Positions 1-12,200 of a stretch of 64,000 nt of DNA are shown piece after piece (positions within the stretch are counted from its first letter, which is position 1; every line of letters begins with the position of its first letter). The notes beneath the pieces are model-generated. The model searched no databases. It was not told the origin of the DNA and saw nothing but the letters and a program-made list of their open reading frames with translations. The stretch comes from Eledone cirrhosa (Eukaryota). The stretch is from contig OZ024745.1 of assembly GCA_964016885.1 (NCBI GenBank), positions 23,560,001 to 23,624,000 of the forward strand, read 5' to 3'. The position numbers were made by a program, and so were the translations under genes.

Positions 1-95
1 AAGAAAGTGTGTGTGAGAGAGAGAGGTAAGATGGGAAGAGAAGGACAACAGGGAAAATGAGAGAGTGGGAGAGAGAGGAGAGAAGAGAAGAGGGG

Positions 96-147
<52 letters not shown>

Positions 148-262
148 GAGAGGGAAAATGAAAGAGTGAGAGAGAGAGAGGAGAGAAGAGAGGGAAAATG
201 AAAGAGTGGGAGAGAAGGAAGAGAAGGAAGAGAAGAGAGAGAGTGAGAGAGAGAGAGAGAAG
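1..262. repeat. (GA)n-rich low-complexity tract
   Basis: Runs of GA and GGA with short repeated gggaaaatga motifs. Confidence 0.9.
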
Positions 263-449
263 AGGAAAGCAAAGGTTGATGTGAAGGATGAACTATAGGA
301 ATATTGGTTAGTGAAGGGAACGAAGATATAGAGAGACTTCATACATAATTAGCCAACAGGAAGTGAGGCGGGGGGGGGGGGGGGGTTAAATACTATTGCA
401 CGTGATTAACAGTTGTCTCATTCAATAATCTCTTCTATTATTAAGGACA

Positions 450-675
450 GACGTTGGTTTGGCATTATCGGTAGAGGGTTGGACGCCATGCCTTGACGCA
501 TAGAGTTTCGGCCCTTGCCATTCTGAGTTCAAATCCCGCCGAGGTTAACTTTGCCTTTCATCCTTACGGGGGTCGATAAAATAAGGCACCAGTAACGTAC
601 TGGGGTCGATTTAATCATCGACTTTCCCCTGCCCCGCAAATTACAGGCCCTGTGCCTATACTAGAAATCCTTATT
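450..675 (+). mobile_element. tRNA-derived SINE (family A, Deu/Nin-like core)
   Basis: B-box-like GAGTTCAAATCC followed by GAGGTTAACTTTGCCTTTCATCCTTACGGGG-TCGATAAAATAA; more than 15 copies in the window. Confidence 0.85.
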
Positions 676-684
676 AAAGACAGA

Positions 685-910
685 CGAGGGGGGGGGATTG
701 ACTGACTCAGTAGAGCTTCGGACAACAAGATTTGTGACACAGAGTTACGGCCCTTCGCGTTCTGACTTCAAATTCCGCCGAGGTTAACTTTGCTTTAAAT
801 CCTTACAGGGTCGATAAAATAAAGTACCAGTAACGTACTGGATCGATTTAATCGACTTTCCTCTCCCCAAAATTGCTGGCCTTGTGTTCAAAATCAGAAA
901 CCATAATTTA
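685..910 (+). mobile_element. SINE family A, tandem second copy
   Basis: Colinear with 450-675; both copies are preceded by ttattaa(g/a)gacagacg. Confidence 0.85.
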
Positions 911-1086
911 GCTCTAGGTCAACCCTGATAGAGCAGATTTAACACCAGTTGTTATTATTTAGCCTTATCAGAAACCTTTATTAAGGAAAGACGATGAAAC
1001 GGTTGCGGCTGCAGTAAAAATGCTGGTCACCATTAATTCTACGAACATAAGAACAAAACCCCGGACAAGGGAACATCCTTGAAACA

Positions 1087-1154
1087 GAGAAATGTTTAGG
1101 TTGGATTGTATGTATGTATGTATGTATGTATGTATGTATGTATGTATATGTATG

Positions 1155-1186
<32 letters not shown>

Positions 1187-1210
1187 TGTATGTATGTATG
1201 TATGTATGTG
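1087..1210. repeat. (TATG)n microsatellite
   Basis: Direct reading. Confidence 0.95.
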
Positions 1211-1826
1211 TCAGGTCACCAGTTGGTGCTACTGGTAACATGTATCCCAGTACAACCTGTCCCATGGTCGGGTCGTTGGCGACTAAACTGGCAACCCCAC
1301 CAAGGTTTCTTGGTGAGGAGGGTGACTTTGGACATCCTGCAGGACTAAAAACAAAACCTGTCAAAGGGCAAAGGAGCTCTTTAGAGTCAATGGCCATCAA
1401 TAATCACTGGGAGAGATGACCCCTTAGCCTTTGTCAAGGCAGAATTCTAGGAGAAGGAAAACTCTGATATAACACCTGCAACCCTGATGGTATCCAATGA
1501 TGTTGACTTGTTCTTCTTTTTGGTAAATATTATCTTGGTTAAGAGAGTGGGACTGGCTTTGTGCAGTGCCTTTGCTCACTATAAAAGCTTCACGGCACAG
1601 GCATTGCTTTATATCTGGAGATCTCTGATCTCTCTGCACTTGTCGTCACATGGTACCATGGGCCCAGCACTATGTGTCAATATTTGTCACAGGTGTAGTG
1701 TTTGTACCAGAGTTTTCAAGTCGCTGGCTGGACTAAAAAGTCACACCCGTTCAGCGCATTGGTAGGGGTTCTCCTACATGGATATAAAGTAGTGGCCGTA
1801 CTCGAAAACGAGTTGGCAGCCACCAT
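1210..1826 (+). mobile_element. Internally deleted RTE-like non-autonomous retroposon (5' UTR-like part plus 3' end with C2H2 finger)
   Basis: 1400-1610 is similar to 49490-49700; terminal peptide CSVCTRVFKSLAGLKSHTRSAH; tail ggccgtactcgaaaacgag shared with 49741 and 54115; flanked by (TATG)n. Confidence 0.6.
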
Positions 1827-2272
1827 GTATGTATGTATGTATGTATGTATGTATGTGAGTATGTATGTATGTATGTATGTATGTATGTATGTATGTATGT
1901 GAGTATGTATGTATGTGTATTGTGTATTCATGTATGTGTGTATGTATATATGTATGTCAGTATGTATGTATGTATATATGTGTGTATGTGTGTATGTATA
2001 TATGTATGTGTGTGTGTGTGTGTGTATGTATGCATGTATCTATGTGTGTGTATGTATTCATGTATGTGTGTATGTATGTACATGTGTGTATGTATGCATG
2101 CATGTATATATGTACATATGTATATATGTATGAATGTATGTATGTATGTGTGTGTGTATGTATTCATGTATGTACGTATGTATGAATGTGTGTATGTATG
2201 TATGAATGTATGTATGTATGTATGTATGTATGTATGTATGTATGTATGTATGTATGTATGTATGTATGTATG
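1825..2272. repeat. (TATG)n/(TG)n degenerate microsatellite
   Basis: Direct reading. Confidence 0.95.
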
Positions 2273-2475
2273 CGTAGAACTGCAAGTTTTGGTGGAGCTG
2301 CAGGGTCGCCTTAGTAACAGCAGCATACGAAGTTTCTCGGGAATGTTAAACCTGAGGTTCACCTTTCATTTGTTTGTGTTGGTCTTCGTTTTAGTTGAAG
2401 TGTGGTGAGTACGGCGACAGTCCTGAAGACATGATCAAAATAAAGGCAGCGGAGCTCAACCAGGGAGGTCAACCA

Positions 2476-3185
2476 GGGAGGTCAAGTAAAGAAGAGTTCC
2501 TCCAACAAGAGTGAGAAGGGCTTGGAGGTCAAGTAAAGAAGGGTTCCTCCAACAGGGGTGAGAAGACCCTGGAGGTCAAGCAAAGAAGGGTTCAACCAAC
2601 AAGAGTGAGAAATGCTTGGAGGTCAAGTAAAGAAGGGTTCCACCAACAAAAGTTAGAAGGGCTTGGAGGTTAAGTAAAGAAGGGTTCCACCGACAAGTGT
2701 TAGAAGGGCTTGGAGGTTAAGTAAAGAAGGGTTCCACCGACAAGTGTTAGAAGGGCTTGGAGGTTAAGTAAAGAAGGGTTCCACCGACAAGTGTTAGAAG
2801 GGCTTGGAGGTCAAGTAAAGAAGGGTTCCACCAACAAAAGTTAGAAGGGCTTGGAGGTTAAGTAAAGAAGGGTTCCACCGACAAGTGTTAGAAGGGCTTG
2901 GAGGTTAAGTAAAGAAGGGTTCCACCGACAAGTGTTAGAAGGGCTTGGAGGTTAAGTAAAGAAGGGTTCCTCCAACAGGGGTGACAAGACCCTGGAGGTC
3001 AAGCAAAGAAGGGTTCCACCAACAAAAGTTAGAAGGGCTTGGAGGTTAAGTAAAGAAGGGTTCCTCCAACAAGAGTGAGAAGGCCCTGGAGGTCAAGTAA
3101 AGAAGGGTTCCACCGACAAGTGTTAGAAGGGCTTGGGGGTTAAGTAAAGAAGGGTTCCTCCAACAGGAGTGAGAATGCCTTGTAG
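2476..3185. repeat. 47-bp minisatellite, about 15 copies
   Basis: Unit tagaagggcttggaggttaagtaaagaagggttccaccgacaagtgt; period 47 (2701 vs 2748). Confidence 0.92.
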
Positions 3186-3405
3186 AGCAATTAAAGAAGC
3201 TTTCCTCAAACAGGATTGAAAAGGGCCTGGAAACGAACCAGGGAGGAGTTCCCCCAGCAGGAGTAAGAAGGGCCTTGAGGTAAGCCAGGGAGGGGTTCGT
3301 CCAATAGGAATGAAAAGGCCCTGGATTTAGATTTGGTCTTCCTTCTCTCTATTTCTACATGTCTAGGCATTATGTCGACGGAACTTCTCCGTTTTTCATT
3401 GTGTT

Positions 3406-3465
3406 GATCGGGTCTTTCTAGATGTAGTGATCCTGCTTTTGGGCACCAATGATGTCGATAAATCT
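3406..3465 (+). pseudogene. SGNH-esterase block III fragment, probably a LINE ORF1 relic
   Basis: Translates [19 protein letters not shown], matching the DVVxxxxGxND motif of SGNH hydrolases found in CR1/L2/RTEX ORF1. Confidence 0.4.
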
Positions 3466-3466
3466 T

Positions 3467-3482
3467 TGTGTGTGTGTGTGTA

Positions 3483-3567
<85 letters not shown>

Positions 3568-3945
3568 ATATATACATATGTACGTATATATATATAAAGA
3601 AACATATATATACACCCCCACCCCTCCCACACACACACATATATATATACATATACATATATATAGATATATGTATATATGCATATATATATATATATAT
3701 ACATATACGTATATATAAGTTTATATGTATAGACACACACATATATATATATATATTTAGATGTAAGTATTTATGTATGTAGATGTGTATGTATGTTTGT
3801 ATGTATATATGTTTGTATATATGTATGTATGTATGTTTGTATAAATGTATGTATGTATGTATGTATGTATGTATGTATGTATGTATGTATGTATGTATGT
3901 ATGTATGTATATATGTATGTATATATGTTTGTATATATGTATGTA
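3467..3945. repeat. (TG)n/(TA)n/(TATG)n compound microsatellite
   Basis: Direct reading. Confidence 0.95.
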
Positions 3946-4124
3946 TACTATTGATTATCATTTAAGATATTTAATGTGAATGATACGAAATGTTATATGA
4001 TGTAAAATAAAAATTACTTTGAAGTCGGATATAACCCAACCCAGCCACCAAGACTTCTTATGTAATGTTTACTAGAAGACTGTTGGACAAATGGGTAAAC
4101 AACATGAACTGCTACATCTGATAT

Positions 4125-4992
4125 CACCCCCCCCCCCCACACACACACACACTGCCACCACTACCACCAACACCATCACCACCACTACTACCAGCAATAA
4201 CACCACCACCACTACTACCAGCACCAACACCACCACCACTACTACTACTACCAACTCCAACACCACCAACACAACACCACCACCACCACTACTACCAACA
4301 CCAACACCACCACCACAACACCACCACCACCACTACTACTACTACCAACTCCAACACCACCAACACAACACCACCACCACCACTACTACCAACACCAACA
4401 ACACCACCACTACTCCACCAACACCACCACTATCACCACCACTACCACCACCAAGACCACCACTACCAACACTACCACAACCAACACTACCACCACTATA
4501 AACACCACTACCACCACTTTCACCACCAACACTACCACCACTATTAACACCACTACCACCACTATCACCACCACTATCACCACCACTATCACCACCACTA
4601 TCATTACCAACACTACCACCACCACTACCACCACCACTACCACTACCAACACCACCAACGCCACCAACACCACCAACACCACCAACACCACCAACACCAC
4701 TATCACCCCCACTACCAACACTACCACCACCACTACCACCACCAACACCACCACTATCACCACCACCACCACTACCAACACTACCACCACCACTACTCCC
4801 ACCACTGCCACTACCATCACCACAACCACCACCAACACCAGTATCACACCCACTACCAAAACTACCACCACTACCACCACTACCACCACCACTATCACCA
4901 CCACTATCACCATCACTACCACCACCAACACCACTACTATCACCACCACTACTACCATCACCACAACCACCACCAACACCATCAACACCACC
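4125..4992. repeat. Degenerate (ACC/ACT)n trinucleotide tract
   Basis: Direct reading. Confidence 0.9.
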
Positions 4993-5721
4993 AATAAAAT
5001 AAAGTACCAATAACGTACTGAGATCGATTTAATCGATTTCTCCCTCCCAAAAAATTGCTGGCCTCGCGTGGAATTAGAAACCCCTTAAACTCTGATCACT
5101 GTTCTTCAGGATAAAACTGACCTGGGGCCTAAACAACCATAGCAAGAACAAGCTATCGTGTAGGAGCTGCGAACCCTAAAAATGAAACACACACACACAC
5201 GCGCGCATGCCTCCCCCCGCCCCCCATACACACATAACAGTGGAGAATTGAGTAGTATCGATAAATGTTAAGACTGGAGGATAAATCTACGACTGGCAGA
5301 TGATGGAATGAAGATTGTTGAGAAGAGAGAATCTAGAGGAATTGGTGATCCAAAGGTAAACCATTGAAATTTGTGGAGTTTGCTTGCTTCGTCCTTCAAC
5401 TTGACATTTGCCTTTAGAATCAGATCTTTCCACCGAACAAAGGGGGGGGGGGGCTAGGAAGGGAAAGAGGGGGTGGAGAAGAAGAGGAGAAAATAAAGAG
5501 GTGAAAATACGTAGACGAGGGGGGAGAAGAGAAAACGATATCCTTTATTTTAAAACGGAGAAATGAATACATACAATACGCACATATACACACCTTCACA
5601 TATATTACACACACACACACACTCTCTCTCACACATACACACGCACCCATATATATATATTCATATACATACATACGTACATACACACATTATCTATCTA
5701 TCGCTCTCTCACACACACTCA

Positions 5722-5807
<86 letters not shown>

Positions 5808-6047
5808 GGAGAGAGGGAGAGAGAGAGAGAGATCCGTATATCCGTATGGTGTGATAATCAATAAAAGGTGAGAAACATTATTCAAGGTTTCATGGCAGAT
5901 ACAGACTTATTATTTATTTATTTCTTAAGATAATATCTCTTACGTCTACTCGGCATTTACAAATGGCTGCTCTTTTATATTGTTAAGTTGACACCCATGA
6001 TACCATTGTGTGTATTGTGACTGTTTTGATGTATGTAATGTATATAT

Positions 6048-6240
6048 GAGACTGGCTATGAAGGAAAGATGCTAGAGCTGTGAAATCTTGTATGCCTTAA
6101 CTTCAGCTCTATTTTGTAATAACTGCATTGTTTCATTCAGGGACTATGTTGAAAAATAAACCTCATTTGGTCATTCCATGAGAGTATCTTGGTCAGCCTA
6201 TGAACTTTTCAAAGTATGAACCTTTCAGTCGACCATCGTA
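6048..6240 (-). mobile_element. Tc1/mariner-type MITE, one end degraded
   Basis: Reverse complement of the 30516 and 32108 copies (gctgaccaagatactctcatggaatgaccaaatgagg); ends in cgTA. Confidence 0.75.
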
Positions 6241-6241
6241 G

Positions 6242-9200
6242 TTAAAAAAGATTGTTGAAGAAGTTTGAAAAGTGGCATCCATTACAATGTATCTGCGCAG
6301 TGGTGTAGAGAGGAGAACTAGAGGTTGGTATTATCTGTGCAGTGGTGTAGACAGGAGAACTAGAGGTTGGTACTATATGTGTAGTGGTGTAGAGAGGAGA
6401 ACTAGAGGTTGGTACTATATGTGTAGTGATGTAGACAGGAGAACTAGAGGTGGGTACTATCTGTGTAGCGGTGTAGAGAGGAGAACTAGAGGTTGGTACT
6501 ATCTGTGTAGTGGTGTAGACAGGAGAACTAGAGGTTGGTATTATCTGCGCAGTGGTGTAGACAGGAGAACTAGAGGTGGGTACTATCTGTGTAGTGGTGT
6601 AGACAGGAGAACTAGAGGGTGGTACTATCTGTGTAGTGGTGTAGACAGGAGAACTAGAGGGTGGTACTATCTGTGCAGTGGTGTAGACAGGAGAACTAGG
6701 GGTTGGTACTATCTGTGTAGTGGTGTAGACAGGAGAACTAGAGGTTGGTATTATCTGTGTAGTGGTGTAGACAGGAGAACTAGAGGTTGGTATTATCTGT
6801 GTAGTGGTGTAGACAGGAGAACTAGAGGTTGGTATTATCTGTGCAGTGGTGTAGACAGGAGAACTAGAGGTTGGTATTATCTGTGCAGTGGTGTAGACAG
6901 GAGAACTAGAGGTTGGTACTATCTGTGTAGTGGTGTAGACAGGAGAACTAGAGGTTGGTACTATCTGTGTAGTGGTGTAGACAGGAGAATTAGAGGTTGG
7001 TACTATCTGTGTAGTGGTGTAGACAGGAGAACTAGAGGTTGGTACTATCTGTGTAGTGGTGTAGACAGGAGAACTAGAGGGTGGTACTATCTGTGCAGTG
7101 GTGTAGACAGGAGAACTAGGGGTTGGTACTATCTGTGTAGTGGTGTAGACAGGAGAACTAGAGGTTGGTATTATCTGTGTAGTGGTGTAGACAGGAGAAC
7201 TAGAGGTTGGTATTATCTGTGTAGTGGTGTAGACAGGAGAACTAGAGGTTGGTATTATCTGTGCAGTGGTGTAGACAGGAGAACTAGAGGTTGGTATTAT
7301 CTGTGCAGTGGTGTAGACAGGAGAACTAGAGGTTGGTATTATCTGTGTAGTGGTGTAGACAGGAGAACTAGAGGTTGGTATTATCTGTGCAGTGGTGTAG
7401 ACAGGAGAACTAGAGGTTGGTACTATCTGTGTAGTGGTGTAGACAGGAGAACTAGGGGTTGGTACTATCTGTGTAGTGGTGTAGACAGGAGAACTAGAGG
7501 TTGGTACTATCTGTGTAGTGGTGTAGACAGGAGAACTAGAGGTTGGTACTATCTGTGTAGTGGTGTAGACAGGAGAACTAGAGGTTGGTATTATCTGTGC
7601 AGTGGTGTAGACAGGAGAACTAGAGGTTGGTATTATCTGTGCAGTGGTGTAGACAGGAGAACTAGAGGTTGGTATTATCTGTGCAGTGGTGTAGACAGGA
7701 GAACTAGAGGTTGGTACTATCTGTGTAGTGGTGTAGACAGGAGAACTAGAGGTTGGTACTATCTGTGCAGTGGTGTAGGCAGGAGAACTAGAGGTTGGTA
7801 TTATCTGTGTAGTGGTGTAGACAGGAGAACTAGAGGTTGGTACTATCTGTGTAGTGGTGTAGACAGGAGAACTAGAGGTTGGTACTATCTGTGTAGTGGT
7901 GTAGACAGGAGAACTAGAGGTTGGTACTATCTGTGTAGTGGTGTAGAGAGGAGAACTAGAGGTTGGTATTATCTGTGTAGTGGTGTAGACAGGAGAACTA
8001 GAGGTTGGTACTATCTGTGCAGTGGTGTAGGCAGGAGAACTAGAGGTTGGTACTATCTGTGTAGTGGTGTAGACAGGAGAACTAGAGGTTGGTACTATCT
8101 GTGCAGTGGTGTAGACAGGAGAACTAGAGGTTGGTACTATCTGTGCAGTGGTGTAGGCAGGAGAACTAGAGGTTGGTACTATCTGTGCAGTGGTGTAGAC
8201 AGGAGAACTAGAGGTTGGTATTATCTGTGTAGTGGTGTAGACAGGAGAACTAGAGGTTGGTACTATCTGTGTAGTGGTGTAGACAGGAGAACTAGAGGTT
8301 GGTACTATCTGTGCAGTGGTGTAGAGAGGAGAACTAGAGGTCGGTACTATCTGTGCAGTGGTGTAGAGAGGAGAACTAGGGGTTGGTACTATCTGTGTAG
8401 TGGTGTAGACAGGAGAACTAGAGGTTGGTACTATCTGTGTAGTGGTGTAGACAGGAGAACTAGAGGTTGGTACTATCTGTGTAGTGGTGTAGACAGGAGA
8501 ACTAGAGGTTGGTATTATCTGTGCAGTGGTGTAGACAGGAGAACTAGAGGTTGGTACTATCTGTGCAGTGGTGTAGACAGGAGAACTAGAGGTTGGTACT
8601 ATCTGTGTAGTGGTGTAGACAGGAGAACTAGAGGTTGGTACTATCTGTGCAGTGGTGTAGACAGGAGAACTAGAGGTTGGTATTATCTGTGCAGTGGTGT
8701 AGACAGGAGAACTAGAGGTTGGTACTATCTGTGCAGTGGTGTAGACAGGAGAACTAGAGGTTGGTACTATCTGTGTAGTGGTGTAGACAGGAGAACTAGG
8801 GGTTGGTACTATCTGTGTAGTGGTGTAGACAGGAGAACTAGAGGTTGGTATTATCTGTGTAGTGGTGTAGACAGGAGAACTAGAGGTTGGTATTATCTGT
8901 GTAGTGGTGTAGACAGGAGAACTAGAGGTTGGTATTATCTGTGTAGTGGTGTAGACAGGAGAACTAGAGGTTGGTACTATCTGTGTAGTGGTGTAGACAG
9001 GAGAACTAGAGGTTGGTATTATCTGTGTAGTGGTGTAGACAGGAGAACTAGAGGTTGGTATTATCTGTGTAGTGGTGTAGACAGGAGAACTAGAGGTTGG
9101 TATTATCTGTGTAGTGGTGTAGACAGGAGAACTAGAGGTTGGTATTATCTGTGTAGTGGTGTAGACAGGAGAACTAGAGGTTGGTATTATCTGTGCAGTG

Positions 9201-12200
9201 GTGTAGACAGGAGAACTAGGGGTTGGTACTATCTGTGTAGTGGTGTAGACAGGAGAACTAGGGGTTGGTACTATCTGTGTAGTGGTGTAGACAGGAGAAC
9301 TAGAGGTTGGTACTATCTGTGTAGTGGTGTAGACAGGAGAACTAGGGGTTGGTACTATCTGTGTAGTGGTGTAGACAGGAGAACTAGAGGTTGGTATTAT
9401 CTGTGTAGTGGTGTAGAGAGGAGAACTAGAGGTTGGTATTATCTGTGCAGTGGTGTAGACAGGAGAACTAGAGGTTGGTACTATCTGTGTAGTGGTGTAG
9501 ACAGGAGAACTAGAGGTTGGTATTATCTGTGTAGTGGTGTAGGCAGGAGAACTAGAGGTTGGTACTATCTGTGCAGTGGTGTAGACAGGAGAACTAGAGG
9601 TTGGTACTATCTGTGCAGTGGTGTAGACAGGAGAACTAGAGGTTGGTACTATCTGTGTAGTGGTGTAGACAGGAGAACTAGAGGTTGGTATTATCTGTGC
9701 AGTGGTGTAGACAGGAGAACTAGGGGTTGGTACTATATGTGTAGTGGTGTAGACAGGAGAACTAGAGGTTGGTACTATCTGTGTAGTGGTGTAGACAGGA
9801 GAACTAGGGGTTGGTATTATCTGTGTAGTGGTGTAGACAGGAGAACTAGAGGTTGGTATTATCTGTGTAGTGGTGTAGACAGGAGAACTAGAGGTTGGTA
9901 CTATCTGTGTAGTGGTGTAGACAGGAGAACTAGAGGTTGGTATTATCTGTGTAGTGGTGTAGACAGGAGAACTAGAGGTTGGTACTATCTGTGTAGTGGT
10001 GTAGACAGGAGAACTAGAGGTTGGTACTATCTGTGTAGTGGTGTAGACAGGAGAACTAGAGGTTGGTATTATCTGTGTAGTGGTGTAGACAGGAGAACTA
10101 GAGGTTGGTACTATCTGTGTAGTGGTGTAGACAGGAGAACTAGAGGTTGGTACTATCTGTGTAGTGGTGTAGACAGGAGAACTAGAGGTTGGTATTATCT
10201 GTGTAGTGGTGTAGACAGGAGAACTAGAGGTTGGTACTATCTGTGTAGTGGTGTAGACAGGAGAACTAGAGGTTGGTACTATCTGTGTAGTGGTGTAGAC
10301 AGGAGAACTAGAGGTTGGTATTATCTGTGTAGTGGTGTAGACAGGAGAACTAGAGGTTGGTATTATCTGTGTAGTGGTGTAGACAGGAGAACTAGAGGTT
10401 GGTATTATCTGTGTAGTGGTGTAGACAGGAGAACTAGAGGTTGGTACTATCTGTGTAGTGGTGTAGACAGGAGAACTAGAGGTTGGTACTATCTGTGTAG
10501 TGGTGTAGACAGGAGAACTAGAGGTTGGTACTATCTGTGTAGTGGTGTAGACAGGAGAACTAGAGGTTGGTACTATCTGTGTAGTGGTGTAGACAGGAGA
10601 ACTAGGGGTTGGTACTATCTGTGCAGTGGTGTAGACAGGAGAACTAGAGGTTGGTACTATCTGTGTAGTGGTGTAGACAGGAGAACTAGAGGTTGGTATT
10701 ATCTGTGCAGTGGTGTAGACAGGAGAACTAGAGGTTGGTACTATCTGTGTAGTGGTGTAGACAGGAGAACTAGAGGTTGGTATTATCTGTGTAGTGGTGT
10801 AGACAGGAGAACTAGAGGTGGGTATTATCTGTGTAGTGGTGTAGACAGGAGAACTAGAGGTTGGTACTATCTGTGTAGTGGTGTAGACAGGAGAACTAGA
10901 GGTTGGTATTATCTGTGTAGTGGTGTAGACAGGAGAACTAGAGGTTGGTATTATCTGTGTAGTGGTGTAGAGAGGAGAACTAGAGGTTGGTACTATCTGT
11001 GTAGTGGTGTAGGCAGGAGAACTAGAGGTTGGTACTATCTGTGTAGTGGTGTAGACAGGAGAACTAGAGGTTGGTATTATCTGTGTAGTGGTGTAGACAG
11101 GAGAACTAGAGGTTGGTACTATCTGTGTAGTGGTGTAGACAGGAGAACTAGAGGTTGGTATTATCTGTGTAGTGGTGTAGACAGGAGAACTAGAGGTTGG
11201 TATTATCTGTGTAGTGGTGTAGACAGGAGAACTAGAGGTTGGTACTATCTGTGTAGTGGTGTAGACAGGAGAACTAGAGGTTGGTATTATCTGTGTAGTG
11301 GTGTAGACAGGAGAACTAGAGGTTGGTACTATCTGTGTAGTGGTGTAGACAGGAGAACTAGAGGTTGGTATTATCTGTGCAGTGGTGTAGACAGGAGAAC
11401 TAGAGGTTGGTACTATCTGTGTAGTGGTGTAGGCAGGAGAACTAGAGGTTGGTACTATCTGTGTAGTGGTGTAGACAGGAGAACTAGAGGTTGGTACTAT
11501 CTGTGTAGTGGTGTAGACAGGAGAACTAGAGGTTGGTACTATCTGTGCAGTGGTGTAGACAGGAGAACTAGGGGTTGGTACTATCTGTGCAGTGGTGTAG
11601 ACAGGAGAACTAGAGGTTGGTACTATCTGTGCAGTGGTGTAGAGAGGAGAACTAGAGGTTGGTACTATCTGTGCAGTGGTGTAGACAGGAGAACTAGAGG
11701 TTGGTATTATCTGTGTAGTGGTGTAGACAGGAGAACTAGAGGTTGGTACTATCTGTGTAGTGGTGTAGACAGGAGAACTAGAGGTTGGTATTATCTGTGT
11801 AGTGGTGTAGACAGGAGAACTAGAGGTTGGTACTATCTGTGCAGTGGTGTAGACAGGAGAACTAGAGGTTGGTACTATCTGTGCAGTGGTGTAGACAGGA
11901 GAACTAGAGGTGGGTACTATCTGTGTAGTGGTGTAGACAGGAGAACTAGAGGTTGGTACTATCTGTGTAGTGGTGTAGACAGGAGAACTAGAGGTTGGTA
12001 CTATCTGTGCAGTGGTGTAGACAGGAGAACTAGAGGTTGGTACTATCTGTGTAGTGGTGTAGACAGGAGAACTAGAGGTTGGTACTATCTGTGCAGTGGT
12101 GTAGACAGGAGAACTAGAGGTTGGTATTATCTGTGTAGTGGTGTAGACAGGAGAACTAGAGGTTGGTACTATCTGTGTAGTGGTGTAGACAGGAGAACTA

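Noticed and set aside
1487-1765. Host zinc-finger gene
   Set aside because: A single finger directly before a retroposon tail, and the upstream part is repeated non-coding sequence
981-5871. YI/CV/HT/MYVC and poly-Val/Gly/Thr ORFs (also throughout 23-26, 33-38 and 51-54 kb)
   Set aside because: Translations of stop-free microsatellites
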